DNA of 62,653 nucleotides from the NCBI GenBank assembly GCA_018701105.1, contig JABIWD010000051.1:1-62653 (forward strand), given 5' to 3'. Source of the DNA: Candidatus Uhrbacteria bacterium. Its GTDB lineage: Bacteria > Patescibacteriota > Patescibacteriia > UBA9934 > UBA11717. Position 1 is the stretch's first letter. Each line of letters starts with the position of its first letter. Shown here piece by piece: positions 1 to 10,700 of the stretch. The notes beneath the pieces were generated by a model. That model had not been told where the DNA came from, did no database searches, and worked only from the letters and a program-made list of their open reading frames with translations. The translations under genes and the position numbers were made by a program.

Positions 1-1680
1 CTCGAACTCACCAATAAAATCATGCAAACTCGCATGTTCCGAAATCTGCACGAACCTTCTGATCCTCTCGTAAAACTGTTGAAGGTGATCCATCTGCTCC
101 GCCTGCTCCTCTTCTGTTAACTGCAAGACGGCTCCGTAAAGTCCAGATAGCTTAAGAGCCTTCGCCATAACCTCGAGTGCGTTCCGTCGTCGAGCCAAAA
201 CTCGCAACTCTTGCAATACATCCGAGATCTCGCGAAGTATCCTCGATCCATCCGTGGACAGACCTGCTATCGATGAGCTTATGACATCAACTATGGGCTT
301 CCCTTGTTTCTTTGCTTCGTGTGTCAGTGATACAAGATCGCGCTCAGGGATTCCGATATGTTCGTGCGACAAGAGACGGTATATGCTCGCGCTGTCGTAG
401 GGTCGGTCGATGATTCTAAGTAGTGCGATGGCATCAAGTACGATTGGTTTTCTGTAGAGACCGCTCAATGCCATGAAACGATACGGAATTCCGTGTACGT
501 CAAACCCACGTAAAAATGGTTCAGCGTTATCATTCGCGCGTACGAGCACCGCCATGTCAGACCACTCACAATCGTGCGATGCCTTGAGCCCGGTCATCTT
601 ATCGATCACCGCTTTCACCTCACTTTCGAGATTGTCTGCGTGAATGTGCTCCAAATGTGCATCACCCAGGATCTGACTCTTGAGCTCTTTGTCGAGCCCG
701 TGCGTTTCCTTCAATCTAGTCTCGAGTCTTCTGGGATCGTTCTGCTGTATAAAAGTATAGGAAGCATCTAAAATGCCCTGTTGTGAACGATAGTTCTTTG
801 TAAGGATTACTCGTGCTGTTTTGGGATAATCGTCCTCAAAACGCAGAATATTAGCCACAGAAGCACCTCGGAAAGAGTAAATAGCCTGATCATCGTCCCC
901 AACGACCGCTAAATTGTTTTTTGGGTCTGCGAGCAACTTTACAAGCTCATATTGAGCGTAGTTCGTGTCCTGAAACTCGTCGACAATTATGTACTTAAAC
1001 TGCTCTCGGTACTGTTTCAAAATAGCAGGACGCTTCCTGAACAACTTAAGCGTGTACATTATCAGTGCACCAAAATCCAAAACATTATTGTCGTGCATCA
1101 ACTGCTCGTATGTTTCGTACGCGCCCGCAATTTCCAAAAGTCGATCTCGCTCTTCATCATCGATATCGGTTTGCGCTTTCACGAACTCAAGATAATCCTT
1201 CGGGTCGATGTCCTCATCCTTTGCACGTGAGAAGTGATTCAGTAGCGCACGAAGAAACTTGGTTGGGTTCCCTAGCGGCTTATAGTAATCAAGATTAAAC
1301 TTGTCGATGTTCTGCCGCACGAGCAACCACGCATCAACCTCAGTCATCAACTGAGCGTCATTCGAGAGCCCGACGTCGAGTCCGTGTTGCTGCAATATTC
1401 TTTGGCAGAAAGCATGAAACGTCGATATCCAAAGATCGACGTATCCATACGGTAAAAGTTGATCCACACGCTCCTCCATCTCGGCGGCTGCCTTTTCTGT
1501 GAATGTGAGCGCGAGTATTTCATCTGGCTTTGCGAGATCTTTCTCGATCAGCCATGCAATCCTTCGCGTCATCACAGTAGTCTTCCCTGTTCCCGCCCCC
1601 GCGATAATCATCAAAGGGCCGTCAGTGTGAGTGACGGCTTCTTTTTGTTCAGAATTTAGATTCTGAAGAATGTCGGACAT
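1..1680 (-). CDS. UvrD/PcrA/Rep-family ATP-dependent DNA helicase (N-terminal ~560 aa; gene runs off the window start)
   Basis: Hand translation from ATG at 1680 gives MSDILQNLNSEQKEAVTHTDGPLMIIAGAGTGKTTVM (Walker A). DEFQDTN (around 960-1000) and VVGDDDQA (around 880-905) follow. The frame is open to position 1, so it is absent from the ORF track (no in-window stop). Confidence 0.9.
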   Translation of the reverse strand, partial: MSDILQNLNSEQKEAVTHTDGPLMIIAGAGTGKTTVMTRRIAWLIEKDLAKPDEILALTFTEKAAAEMEERVDQLLPYGYVDLWISTFHAFCQRILQQHGLDVGLSNDAQLMTEVDAWLLVRQNIDKFNLDYYKPLGNPTKFLRALLNHFSRAKDEDIDPKDYLEFVKAQTDIDDEERDRLLEIAGAYETYEQLMHDNNVLDFGALIMYTLKLFRKRPAILKQYREQFKYIIVDEFQDTNYAQYELVKLLADPKNNLAVVGDDDQAIYSFRGASVANILRFEDDYPKTARVILTKNYRSQQGILDASYTFIQQNDPRRLETRLKETHGLDKELKSQILGDAHLEHIHADNLESEVKAVIDKMTGLKASHDCEWSDMAVLVRANDNAEPFLRGFDVHGIPYRFMALSGLYRKPIVLDAIALLRIIDRPYDSASIYRLLSHEHIGIPERDLVSLTHEAKKQGKPIVDVISSSIAGLSTDGSRILREISDVLQELRVLARRRNALEVMAKALKLSGLYGAVLQLTEEEQAEQMDHLQQFYERIRRFVQISEHASLHDFIGEFE

Positions 1681-2103
1681 TTATTCTACGCTCTCAAAAC
1701 TAATTGAACCGTCGTCGTCAATCTGAACGAGTACAGTCTCTACCTCAAGGTCGCCATGAGCTTCCTTTACGATCCCGGCAGCTGCACGTAAATCTGTGTG
1801 ATGCTGTGTATTCTCAGCGTCACGATTCTCAAATGCACCACGTCCACCATATGCGCCACAGTCTGTGTGGTTCATGATTATAAGTTTCTTGATGCTGTGC
1901 AATTTCTTCGAAAGCTCAATGTGACTAAGTGTTGCCTCGTGCCATGAAGCGGGCTCATCTGAAACGATAGTCTTACCGGCTCCAGCGATAGCAACAATGT
2001 CGCAATCATTAAGTATCCCTCGTTTTTCAAGTTCACCGCGAATAGCAGAACCGAGTCTGAAGTCCATGCAGTGAAGGACCATTGTTGAACATGTGCGTGA
2101 CAT
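1681..2103 (-). CDS. Small beta-carbonic-anhydrase-like protein (CxDxR / HxxCG zinc-ligand pattern), 140 aa
   Basis: The ORF track protein contains LHCMDFRL (CxDxR) and NHTDCGAYGG (HxxCG). It abuts the helicase start. Confidence 0.6.
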   Translation of the reverse strand: MSRTCSTMVLHCMDFRLGSAIRGELEKRGILNDCDIVAIAGAGKTIVSDEPASWHEATLSHIELSKKLHSIKKLIIMNHTDCGAYGGRGAFENRDAENTQHHTDLRAAAGIVKEAHGDLEVETVLVQIDDDGSISFESVE

Positions 2104-2202
2104 AAATCAAATTAATTTCAATTGGGCAAATGGGCAAATTTCAATTTAATGAAGTTCGTATCCATTGGCAGATTATCATGAATTCACCCTTATAACAAAA
2201 AT

Positions 2203-2228
2203 GCGACCCCCACAGCTGTGGAGGTCGC
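2203..2228 (-). terminator. Rho-independent terminator of the GC-rich 274-aa gene
   Basis: The minus strand reads GCGACCTCCACAGCTGTGGGGGTCGC followed by ATTTTTGTTAT. It lies 10 nt after the stop at 2238. Confidence 0.6.
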
Positions 2229-2237
2229 TCGTCTTCT

Positions 2238-3062
2238 CTACCGAGGCTGCGTGCGAGCGACCTCGAAGGTGTCCTTGGCGCCCTTGACCACGAAGTGCGA
2301 CCCGGTCTCATTCAGAGCGCTGGGAATCTGCATGAACCCGCGTCGGTGCAGGAGCATGTTCCCCATCGAGGTCTCTTCGACCATCAGACGCCGATCCTCC
2401 TCGACGGTCAGCTCTCCACCGTGCACGAAGTTGCGCTTGCCGCAGTTCTCGTGTCCCGCAACTCCCACCTGCGCGGTCGGACAGTCCATGTCGCTCAGGA
2501 ACTGCCAGATGTTGGCGATCACGACGTCCCGGTCACGACGCTCCCGAGGCAGGCTGCCACCGAACGTACCATCGGGTCCCGGCATACGAAGCAGCCGTGT
2601 GTGCTCGATGTCGGCCAGGAGCTCCATGAGGTCCTGCAGCCGAGGATCCACGCACAACGCGATCACCTTCTTCACCGGTGCAGCGGCCGCTGGGATCAGC
2701 ACGTTGTGCTGTCGGATCTCGAGCTGCGCGCTCTGCGGCATCGCAGAGCGGAAGACCGCGAGCATCTGGTCCTGAATCGCTCGCGACACGACTCCCTGGA
2801 ACGGAAGCACGAGGTCCAACACTGTGCAGCTGTGAAGCGTCAGGCACTCACCGTACCAACGCCTCACGAGGTCTGCCATCTTGCCGCCCCTGTCGAGCGC
2901 CATGAAGGGCTTGTGCACCGCGATGGTGTCCACCTCTCCCAGCTCCCCCTCTGCCGTCATTCCGGCCATCCACTCCTGCAACACCAACGGCGGCAGAGCC
3001 ATCGGGCTCACGACCACCGACTGCGGGACTTCTGCTCCCGCTCCTGTCTTACTGCTCATCAA
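2238..3062 (-). CDS. GC-rich hypothetical protein, 274 aa; the C-terminal half is a paralog of the adjacent CxDxR/HxxCG protein
   Basis: Contains ALCVDPRL and GHENCGK motifs colinear with the 140-aa neighbour. The ATG at 3059 is preceded by AGGGG. The stretch is visibly GC-rich with multiple shadow ORFs. Confidence 0.6.
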   Translation of the reverse strand: MMSSKTGAGAEVPQSVVVSPMALPPLVLQEWMAGMTAEGELGEVDTIAVHKPFMALDRGGKMADLVRRWYGECLTLHSCTVLDLVLPFQGVVSRAIQDQMLAVFRSAMPQSAQLEIRQHNVLIPAAAAPVKKVIALCVDPRLQDLMELLADIEHTRLLRMPGPDGTFGGSLPRERRDRDVVIANIWQFLSDMDCPTAQVGVAGHENCGKRNFVHGGELTVEEDRRLMVEETSMGNMLLHRRGFMQIPSALNETGSHFVVKGAKDTFEVARTQPR

Positions 3063-3122
3063 CGCACCCCTGTCTTGGTTTCACGCCCGGTTTTGGACGA
3101 TTGGAAAAAGCCTAGTCCTATT

Positions 3123-3599
3123 TTACCGCTTTGTCAAACGTTTCCTTTCAAACGCGCGCAAAGCCGCTTTTTTTACTGGATAATCTGGGCAATGCATCGC
3201 AACCAGGTTCCAAAAAGCGCGCGAATGGTTTAATTCTACGGTATGAGCGAGTTCGTGAATGATCACGTAGTCGATGACGGCGGGATCGAGCTTTACGAGC
3301 TCTAGGTTCAGGCTCAAGTGCTTCTTTGAGCTACAGCTTCCCCATATCGTTGTTTGACGACGAAACGAGACCTTGTGTACATCCCATCCGGTAACCTCGG
3401 TAAGGATTCGGACGCGCTCGGTCAAATGTCGCTTTGCCTCTCGCTCGGTCCACCGCAGTAACGTCGACAATACGTGTGCGTCGTCATCTCTCAGATCAAC
3501 GACACACAACTTGTCACTCTCTAACCAAAGCATCCGGTCGTCAAAGACCGGAATGCGATTTAGTTGATATGTAACTCCAAGGTGTTCGAGCTCCTGCAT
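3123..3599 (-). CDS. YgjP/DUF45-like (SprT-like, M48-type) metal-dependent hydrolase
   Basis: WGSCSSKK motif and HELAH (HExxH) in the ORF translation. Confidence 0.75.
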   Translation of the reverse strand: MQELEHLGVTYQLNRIPVFDDRMLWLESDKLCVVDLRDDDAHVLSTLLRWTEREAKRHLTERVRILTEVTGWDVHKVSFRRQTTIWGSCSSKKHLSLNLELVKLDPAVIDYVIIHELAHTVELNHSRAFWNLVAMHCPDYPVKKAALRAFERKRLTKR

Positions 3600-3616
3600 A
3601 CCGTATAAACTCGTCC

Positions 3617-4150
3617 TTACTGTAACTTAAGCTCAGCGAACACCTCCTCGGGTGTGATGTCACTTCCCTCTGCAGTATAAAAGAATATTTCAAAAAGCAA
3701 GTCATCCGTCTTCCAGTACCACGCATCGAACACATTCCCTCTTCGTACGCCCACGTTTCGTCCATCGATCTCGATAAGCTCTAGATCAGGCGGCATGAGG
3801 GCCTGTTCTGGGTATACCAGCACATCAAACAAAACCCAATCATCTCCATCGTAGTAATCCAGATCGTCTCTACTCTGCCGATTTGGCAACTCAATTGGCT
3901 GATCTACGTTCTGGAAGAATGTCTTGGCCTCTTGTCGTGCAGTCGTGCGCTCCTTCCCTACTCCAAAGTCGCTACGAATACCGTCATACGGCTCATATGC
4001 ATACCAATCATCCTTCTCACCGGTAAGGTACCACTCAGTAGCACTAAACTCAGGCTCATCAACAACCTCACTCAAACCCTCCGGCGTCTTTGCCGCGCAA
4101 CCTGCTCCAATTACGAGCAACATGCCGAACATCATCATCAATTTCTTCAT
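3617..4150 (-). CDS. Hypothetical lipoprotein
   Basis: N-terminus MKKLMMMFGMLLVIGAGC has a signal peptide with a lipobox Cys. Confidence 0.7.
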   Translation of the reverse strand: MKKLMMMFGMLLVIGAGCAAKTPEGLSEVVDEPEFSATEWYLTGEKDDWYAYEPYDGIRSDFGVGKERTTARQEAKTFFQNVDQPIELPNRQSRDDLDYYDGDDWVLFDVLVYPEQALMPPDLELIEIDGRNVGVRRGNVFDAWYWKTDDLLFEIFFYTAEGSDITPEEVFAELKLQ

Positions 4151-4151
4151 A

Positions 4152-4895
4152 TTATTTCATTACGATTCTATCTATAAATTTCCATGGTATTGAGTTGACG
4201 TCATCCATGTCGACGGCATCCTCAACGAGCCCTTCTAGTACTTCACTGGTATCAACATATCTTGCTTGATACCTGCGAATCCTTGTTATGAAATCCTTCT
4301 TGTCGATCTCGGAATGGAACTGCGTCACGTAGAACGGCTTCCCGTTCACCTTGAATGCATGATACGGACACCCTTCAGAACGAGCAAGTAATGTAACGTT
4401 ATCAGGTAACTTTGTCGCACTATCCTTATGAAGCGCGACGGCCCTGAAGGTTTTAGGCATGTCATGAAACAATGGATCGTTCCCTGCGTCTGAAATAACC
4501 TCGATCACCCCCGATCCGTACAACTCTGCATATTCTTCACTCCGTTCAACTTTACCTCCGAGCGCTTCTACTGCAAGCTGAAATCCATAACATGACCCAA
4601 GCACCGGGATATTTTGCTCAAAGCAGTGTACGAGTAATCTTTCTGCATCTGTTATAAATGGAAACTTGTCCAAATCAAGGACATCGGCATCGCTAGATCC
4701 ACCAACAAACAGAGCGTCATACCCATCGATGATGTCAGGATCGAAACTAGGAACATCAAATAAGTTTATTGCGTCTAGCTGATCGTCATTCAACTTTCCA
4801 AATCTCACAAACTCTGCACGCTCCTCCGACAATGTCGGTGCATCATCCCTTGCTTGAATCAGTAATATTTTCAATTCATCACGTTGTTTCAACAT
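4152..4895 (-). CDS. Class I glutamine amidotransferase-like protein
   Basis: GSCYGFQL nucleophile elbow and a downstream QFHSE His-Glu pair. Confidence 0.8.
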   Translation of the reverse strand: MLKQRDELKILLIQARDDAPTLSEERAEFVRFGKLNDDQLDAINLFDVPSFDPDIIDGYDALFVGGSSDADVLDLDKFPFITDAERLLVHCFEQNIPVLGSCYGFQLAVEALGGKVERSEEYAELYGSGVIEVISDAGNDPLFHDMPKTFRAVALHKDSATKLPDNVTLLARSEGCPYHAFKVNGKPFYVTQFHSEIDKKDFITRIRRYQARYVDTSEVLEGLVEDAVDMDDVNSIPWKFIDRIVMK

Positions 4896-5484
4896 ATTCT
4901 TTCAATTTCTCAAAGTCCGTCAGAAGCTCACCGTACCTAGTTCTATTATAAACCGCAACTGCAGGGTGAAATAAGGGCAATATAGTTACCGACTTCCCAT
5001 TGATCTCCGTGACAAACGTATTACCTCGCGTTTCCGTTATTGTGCCAAGTTTTTCCTCGAGCCCGTAGCGCTTCATAATGTACTCCATCGAGAACCTTCC
5101 AAGTGTCGCGATTACGTTTGGTGCGATGATGTCGATCTGGCGATCCAGGAACGGAGCATACAGCTCAATCTCCTCAGGCTTTGGATCACGGTTCTTTGGC
5201 GGTCGATCTTTTACTACGTTTGTTACGTAAACCGTTGATCGATCTAGTCCGATGTCCGCTAATAGTTTATCGAGAATCTTTCCTGAAGCTCCACAAAATG
5301 GAAGCCCTGTTTCCGCCTCCTTTTTTCCGGGCGCTTCTCCGATAAACAAAACATCAGCGTTGACGTCGCCCTCGCCAATAACGCACTGCGCATCATTCGC
5401 AATACGATCTGCATAAAACGGCGATATTTCAAGCTGCTCGAGCTCAGTCAATATTTTCTTCATCGATGCACTCATACGTGACAT
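4879..5484 (-). CDS. Uracil-DNA glycosylase, family 4
   Basis: FIGEAPGKKEAETGLPFCGASG motif typical of family-4 UDG. Confidence 0.85.
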   Translation of the reverse strand: MSRMSASMKKILTELEQLEISPFYADRIANDAQCVIGEGDVNADVLFIGEAPGKKEAETGLPFCGASGKILDKLLADIGLDRSTVYVTNVVKDRPPKNRDPKPEEIELYAPFLDRQIDIIAPNVIATLGRFSMEYIMKRYGLEEKLGTITETRGNTFVTEINGKSVTILPLFHPAVAVYNRTRYGELLTDFEKLKEYVETT

Positions 5485-5527
5485 ATTAGCACATTTTTGC
5501 TACATTATATTCAAGAAAGGAGGCCAC

Positions 5528-5785
5528 ATGCAGCACGCTGGCGGTACGATTCGATTCATGCGCGATCCGAAAACTGGAGACCAGCTTGCATCGCTGGTCG
5601 TCTACAAGTTCGGGACACTCAACTTCAAATGGGCAGATCCAAGCAGGCCTCTCATGAGGACGCTTGGTGAAGGGCTCAAAATCACTGTGACACACATTGG
5701 GGGCACGCGATATCGATGCGTGGTCGAAAACGCATCTGTGATCCTGCACGAGAACGTGCTCGAACTGATCGCGATCCCCAGCTGA
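5528..5785 (+). CDS. GC-rich orphan protein, 85 aa
   Basis: AAGGAGG lies 4 nt upstream of the ATG, and a private hairpin terminator follows. The opposite-strand 116-aa ORF looks like a shadow. Confidence 0.5.
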   Translation: MQHAGGTIRFMRDPKTGDQLASLVVYKFGTLNFKWADPSRPLMRTLGEGLKITVTHIGGTRYRCVVENASVILHENVLELIAIPS

Positions 5786-5792
5786 ACTACAA

Positions 5793-5826
5793 AGCACCCC
5801 ACCGTTCAGGCGAGGTGCTGTTTTAT
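5793..5826. terminator. Hairpin terminator between the 85-aa cassette and the MBL-fold gene
   Basis: AGCACC ... GGTGCT stem followed by GTTTTATT. Confidence 0.55.
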
Positions 5827-6599
5827 TCTTTTCCAAGCATCCTTAGAAACAAGAGACCCGTTGTCTTACGTGGTAACGTCTTCTTGTTGATCGTGATAGA
5901 AGTTCTTTTCAGCGTCTTTCCGGAATACTCTTTATTCAGGGCATTTGCATTTTGCAGCAAGGTGGCAAGTTCCATGAAGCTAGTACTGTCTTCATATCCC
6001 GGACCTGTGCTTGCGTACCTCTTGAAATACCGCACAAAGAAGGCTCTAAACTTTTTCCCATCATCAAACCCCGGCATCTTGTCCGGAACGATATGGTGAG
6101 CCCATACAACCAACTTTGGCCTCAGCGCTTGGATGTTCTGCCTTACGTGATCAAGTGAAGTATCATTCTTTACTTTGGGCGCTGACATAAAAATAATATC
6201 AACCTTACCGATCTCCTTTAACTGCTTCTTTGTTAGCTTGTGTGCATTGTCTCCGAAATGAGCCAGCCTCACTCCGTCGATAGTATAGTTCCATGCAATA
6301 TTCAAGTCGCCGTTCCACTCGTATATCACCGTCCCCTTTAAATCAAGCTTTGGGAAAGGGTCAGAGTTCACGCCTGTCTGCGGTGCGGTTTGCAACCAAC
6401 CACCCGGCGCATATGCATGATCCGCATCCGGTTCTGACATCAAAACCAAATTAGCCCCAAAAGCTTTTCCTTTAAAAGTTTTTGGAAACTTGGGACCAAG
6501 CGCCCATTCAGGTGCATCATTGTAAGGGTCAACGACTATGCGATAACCCTCGTCATTTTCAATAAGAAAACATGATAATCCTAGGAAGTGTATTTTCAT
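5823..6599 (-). CDS. MBL-fold metallo-hydrolase-like protein
   Basis: N-terminus MKIHFLGLSCFLIENDEGYRIVVDPY and an SEPDADH segment resemble the UlaG/MBL fold. A TAGAAT -10 box lies 6 nt from the ATG. Confidence 0.6.
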   Translation of the reverse strand: MKIHFLGLSCFLIENDEGYRIVVDPYNDAPEWALGPKFPKTFKGKAFGANLVLMSEPDADHAYAPGGWLQTAPQTGVNSDPFPKLDLKGTVIYEWNGDLNIAWNYTIDGVRLAHFGDNAHKLTKKQLKEIGKVDIIFMSAPKVKNDTSLDHVRQNIQALRPKLVVWAHHIVPDKMPGFDDGKKFRAFFVRYFKRYASTGPGYEDSTSFMELATLLQNANALNKEYSGKTLKRTSITINKKTLPRKTTGLLFLRMLGKE

Positions 6600-6610
6600 A
6601 TATGTATTCT

Positions 6611-6650
6611 AACAAAAACATCGAGCTTGTACTCGATGTTTATCCACTAC
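6611..6650. repeat. Copy A of a 40-nt terminator-containing direct repeat
   Basis: aacaaaaacatcgagcttgtactcgatgtttatccactac matches 7907-7946 at 35 of 40 positions, including an 18-nt identical run ctcgatgtttatccacta. Confidence 0.8.
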
Positions 6651-6673
6651 GACAGTTACCGGAGTAATTGAGT

Positions 6674-7855
6674 TTACTCTCTCCCAAACAATCGCTTCAA
6701 CCAGCTCTTCTTAGGTATCGGCGCTGCATCCCTAGCCTTAACGGCGCGTTCAGCTGCCCGATAACGTGCAGTATCTGCTTCGTTCTGCAATATCCCTGTC
6801 GACCTTCTCCCATCTACACCTCCATGTGACCTATCGTCTGATGGAGAATGTGCATCTGAGCCATCTATATATTGTAAGAACTCTGGCGCCATTTGTTCAA
6901 TACCCTCCCTTTCAACGAACTCACTAACATGGTCAAGTATTGCTTCTGGAGTATTCGCATCTGTATTATCCAAGCTGTGAAGTTCACCCATTACCATCAA
7001 TGCACCTTCCTTAGACCGGCCAATATCAATACCTTCCTCATTCACAACTAGACGATAGCCAAACGATTCCCAAAACAGTAATACGAGATTCGCATTAATC
7101 TGACCAAAGTGATATTGGGTACCCTCTAAAAAGCTATCAAAGTCTACATTCCCCGGCATATGCAATACCTCGGGCATCGTCCTGTACAGCCGCTTTAACT
7201 CTTCGCTTTCTATTGGGCGTTCAAGTGTTCTTTTGGTATCTACGGTATAACTCCCGGCCTCACCATTCCATGATGCGTCCTGCTCACCATACCGCTCATT
7301 CACAAGAGCCTGAAGCCGCTCATCCTTACTAAGCAGATCGATCACTGCATGATCAGTGTCCCCGGATCCCCCAAGCGCTATGTCAATTGCCCTGACGTTC
7401 TCCAGGAAACCATCGTCAACACCTGCCAAAGCTTTCAGGTCTTCAATCGCGGCTTCGGCATCACCCCTCTCTTGACCGAGTAAAACGTCTACACGACCAG
7501 CAACGACAATGTCATACTCTTCCCGATCAAAATTCCAACTAACAGAAACATCTACTCCATTGATTCTGCCGCTCATATCGAGCGTTGTGTCATACATCGC
7601 ATCTTGTTTCCAGCCCGAGTTACCATCTGTGCCAATAATGTCCCTCACTGACTCAACGCCTGTCTCGGGATTTGGCATCTCTCTGAACGAGAGATGATTG
7701 TTATCATCAAACATCCAATCTCGCTCACTGACCTCCGCGGCTTCAAGGTCAGGAAGACTGTCGGCTTCTTTGTTAGGCAAACTAAACAATGCTTCCGCCC
7801 GTCCCAATGCCGCCTCCCTGTGGCCATATCCACCTCCATCAACTCGAGGTTTCAT
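6674..7855 (-). CDS. Acidic hypothetical protein, 393 aa
   Basis: Long ORF with its own extended -10 promoter. No recognisable motif. Confidence 0.7.
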   Translation of the reverse strand: MKPRVDGGGYGHREAALGRAEALFSLPNKEADSLPDLEAAEVSERDWMFDDNNHLSFREMPNPETGVESVRDIIGTDGNSGWKQDAMYDTTLDMSGRINGVDVSVSWNFDREEYDIVVAGRVDVLLGQERGDAEAAIEDLKALAGVDDGFLENVRAIDIALGGSGDTDHAVIDLLSKDERLQALVNERYGEQDASWNGEAGSYTVDTKRTLERPIESEELKRLYRTMPEVLHMPGNVDFDSFLEGTQYHFGQINANLVLLFWESFGYRLVVNEEGIDIGRSKEGALMVMGELHSLDNTDANTPEAILDHVSEFVEREGIEQMAPEFLQYIDGSDAHSPSDDRSHGGVDGRRSTGILQNEADTARYRAAERAVKARDAAPIPKKSWLKRLFGRE

Positions 7856-7881
7856 ACGCAGATGTAAATACTTATATACAA

Positions 7882-7890
7882 ATTATATCA
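7882..7890 (-). promoter_or_regulatory. Extended -10 (TGATATAAT) for the 393-aa gene
   Basis: The minus strand reads cgTGATATAATttg, about 27 nt upstream of the ATG at 7855. Confidence 0.5.
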
Positions 7891-7906
7891 CGTATTGTTT
7901 AGCGAA

Positions 7907-7946
7907 AACAAAAACACCGAGCTTTCGCTCGATGTTTATCCACTAT
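7907..7946. repeat. Copy B of the 40-nt repeat, which is the native atp-operon terminator including the atpC stop codon
   Basis: aacaaaaacaccgagctttcgctcgatgtttatccactat. The cta at 7943-7945 is the atpC TAG. Confidence 0.8.
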
Positions 7947-8365
7947 CGTTTTCTTTTCATCGCAACTCGATGTCGCGCCATCTCCCGTTCCAGTGCGGCT
8001 GCTGCATGAGCGTAGGCTTGATCGTTTACCGATGTCGCTTCACTCATGATCCGTTCTGCCTCTTCTTTTGCTTTGTTAATAGCCTCAATGTCGAGCTCTT
8101 CTGCGCGGTCAGCAGTGTCTGCAAGTATCACGACCTCACCCTTGTCTCGGACCTCGATGAATCCTGTTGAGACTGCAAGTAGCTCCTCTTTGCCATCGAC
8201 GATGAGCTTAAGCTCACCCGGCTTCAACTCGGATACGAGCGGAGCATGGTTTGGCAAAACTGTAATCTCACCTGTAGACGTCATGACCGACACTGAATCA
8301 ACCGTTTGCGACATTATGATGCGCTCCGGTGTGACAATCGAAAATTGGATTGTCTTATCAGCCAT
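7943..8365 (-). CDS. atpC: F1 ATP synthase epsilon subunit
   Basis: IVTPERIIMSQTVDSVSVMTSTGEITVLPNHAPLVSEL, and its position after atpD. Confidence 0.9.
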   Translation of the reverse strand: MADKTIQFSIVTPERIIMSQTVDSVSVMTSTGEITVLPNHAPLVSELKPGELKLIVDGKEELLAVSTGFIEVRDKGEVVILADTADRAEELDIEAINKAKEEAERIMSEATSVNDQAYAHAAAALEREMARHRVAMKRKR

Positions 8366-8368
8366 ACT

Positions 8369-10694
<2,326 letters not shown>

Positions 10695-10700
10695 CGAGCA

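Noticed and set aside
2218-3233. Plus-strand ORFs of 185, 312, 75 and 100 aa, plus a 104-aa minus-strand ORF, overlapping the 274-aa gene
   Set aside because: They have the Arg/His/Leu/Ser-rich shadow-ORF composition typical of high-GC DNA. Only the 2238-3062 minus frame carries recognisable motifs and a matching terminator.
5486-5836. 116-aa minus-strand ORF opposite the 85-aa cassette gene
   Set aside because: It has no SD, it overlaps the terminator hairpin and the flanking gene ends, and its composition is antisense-like. The plus-strand ORF has AAGGAGG at ideal spacing.
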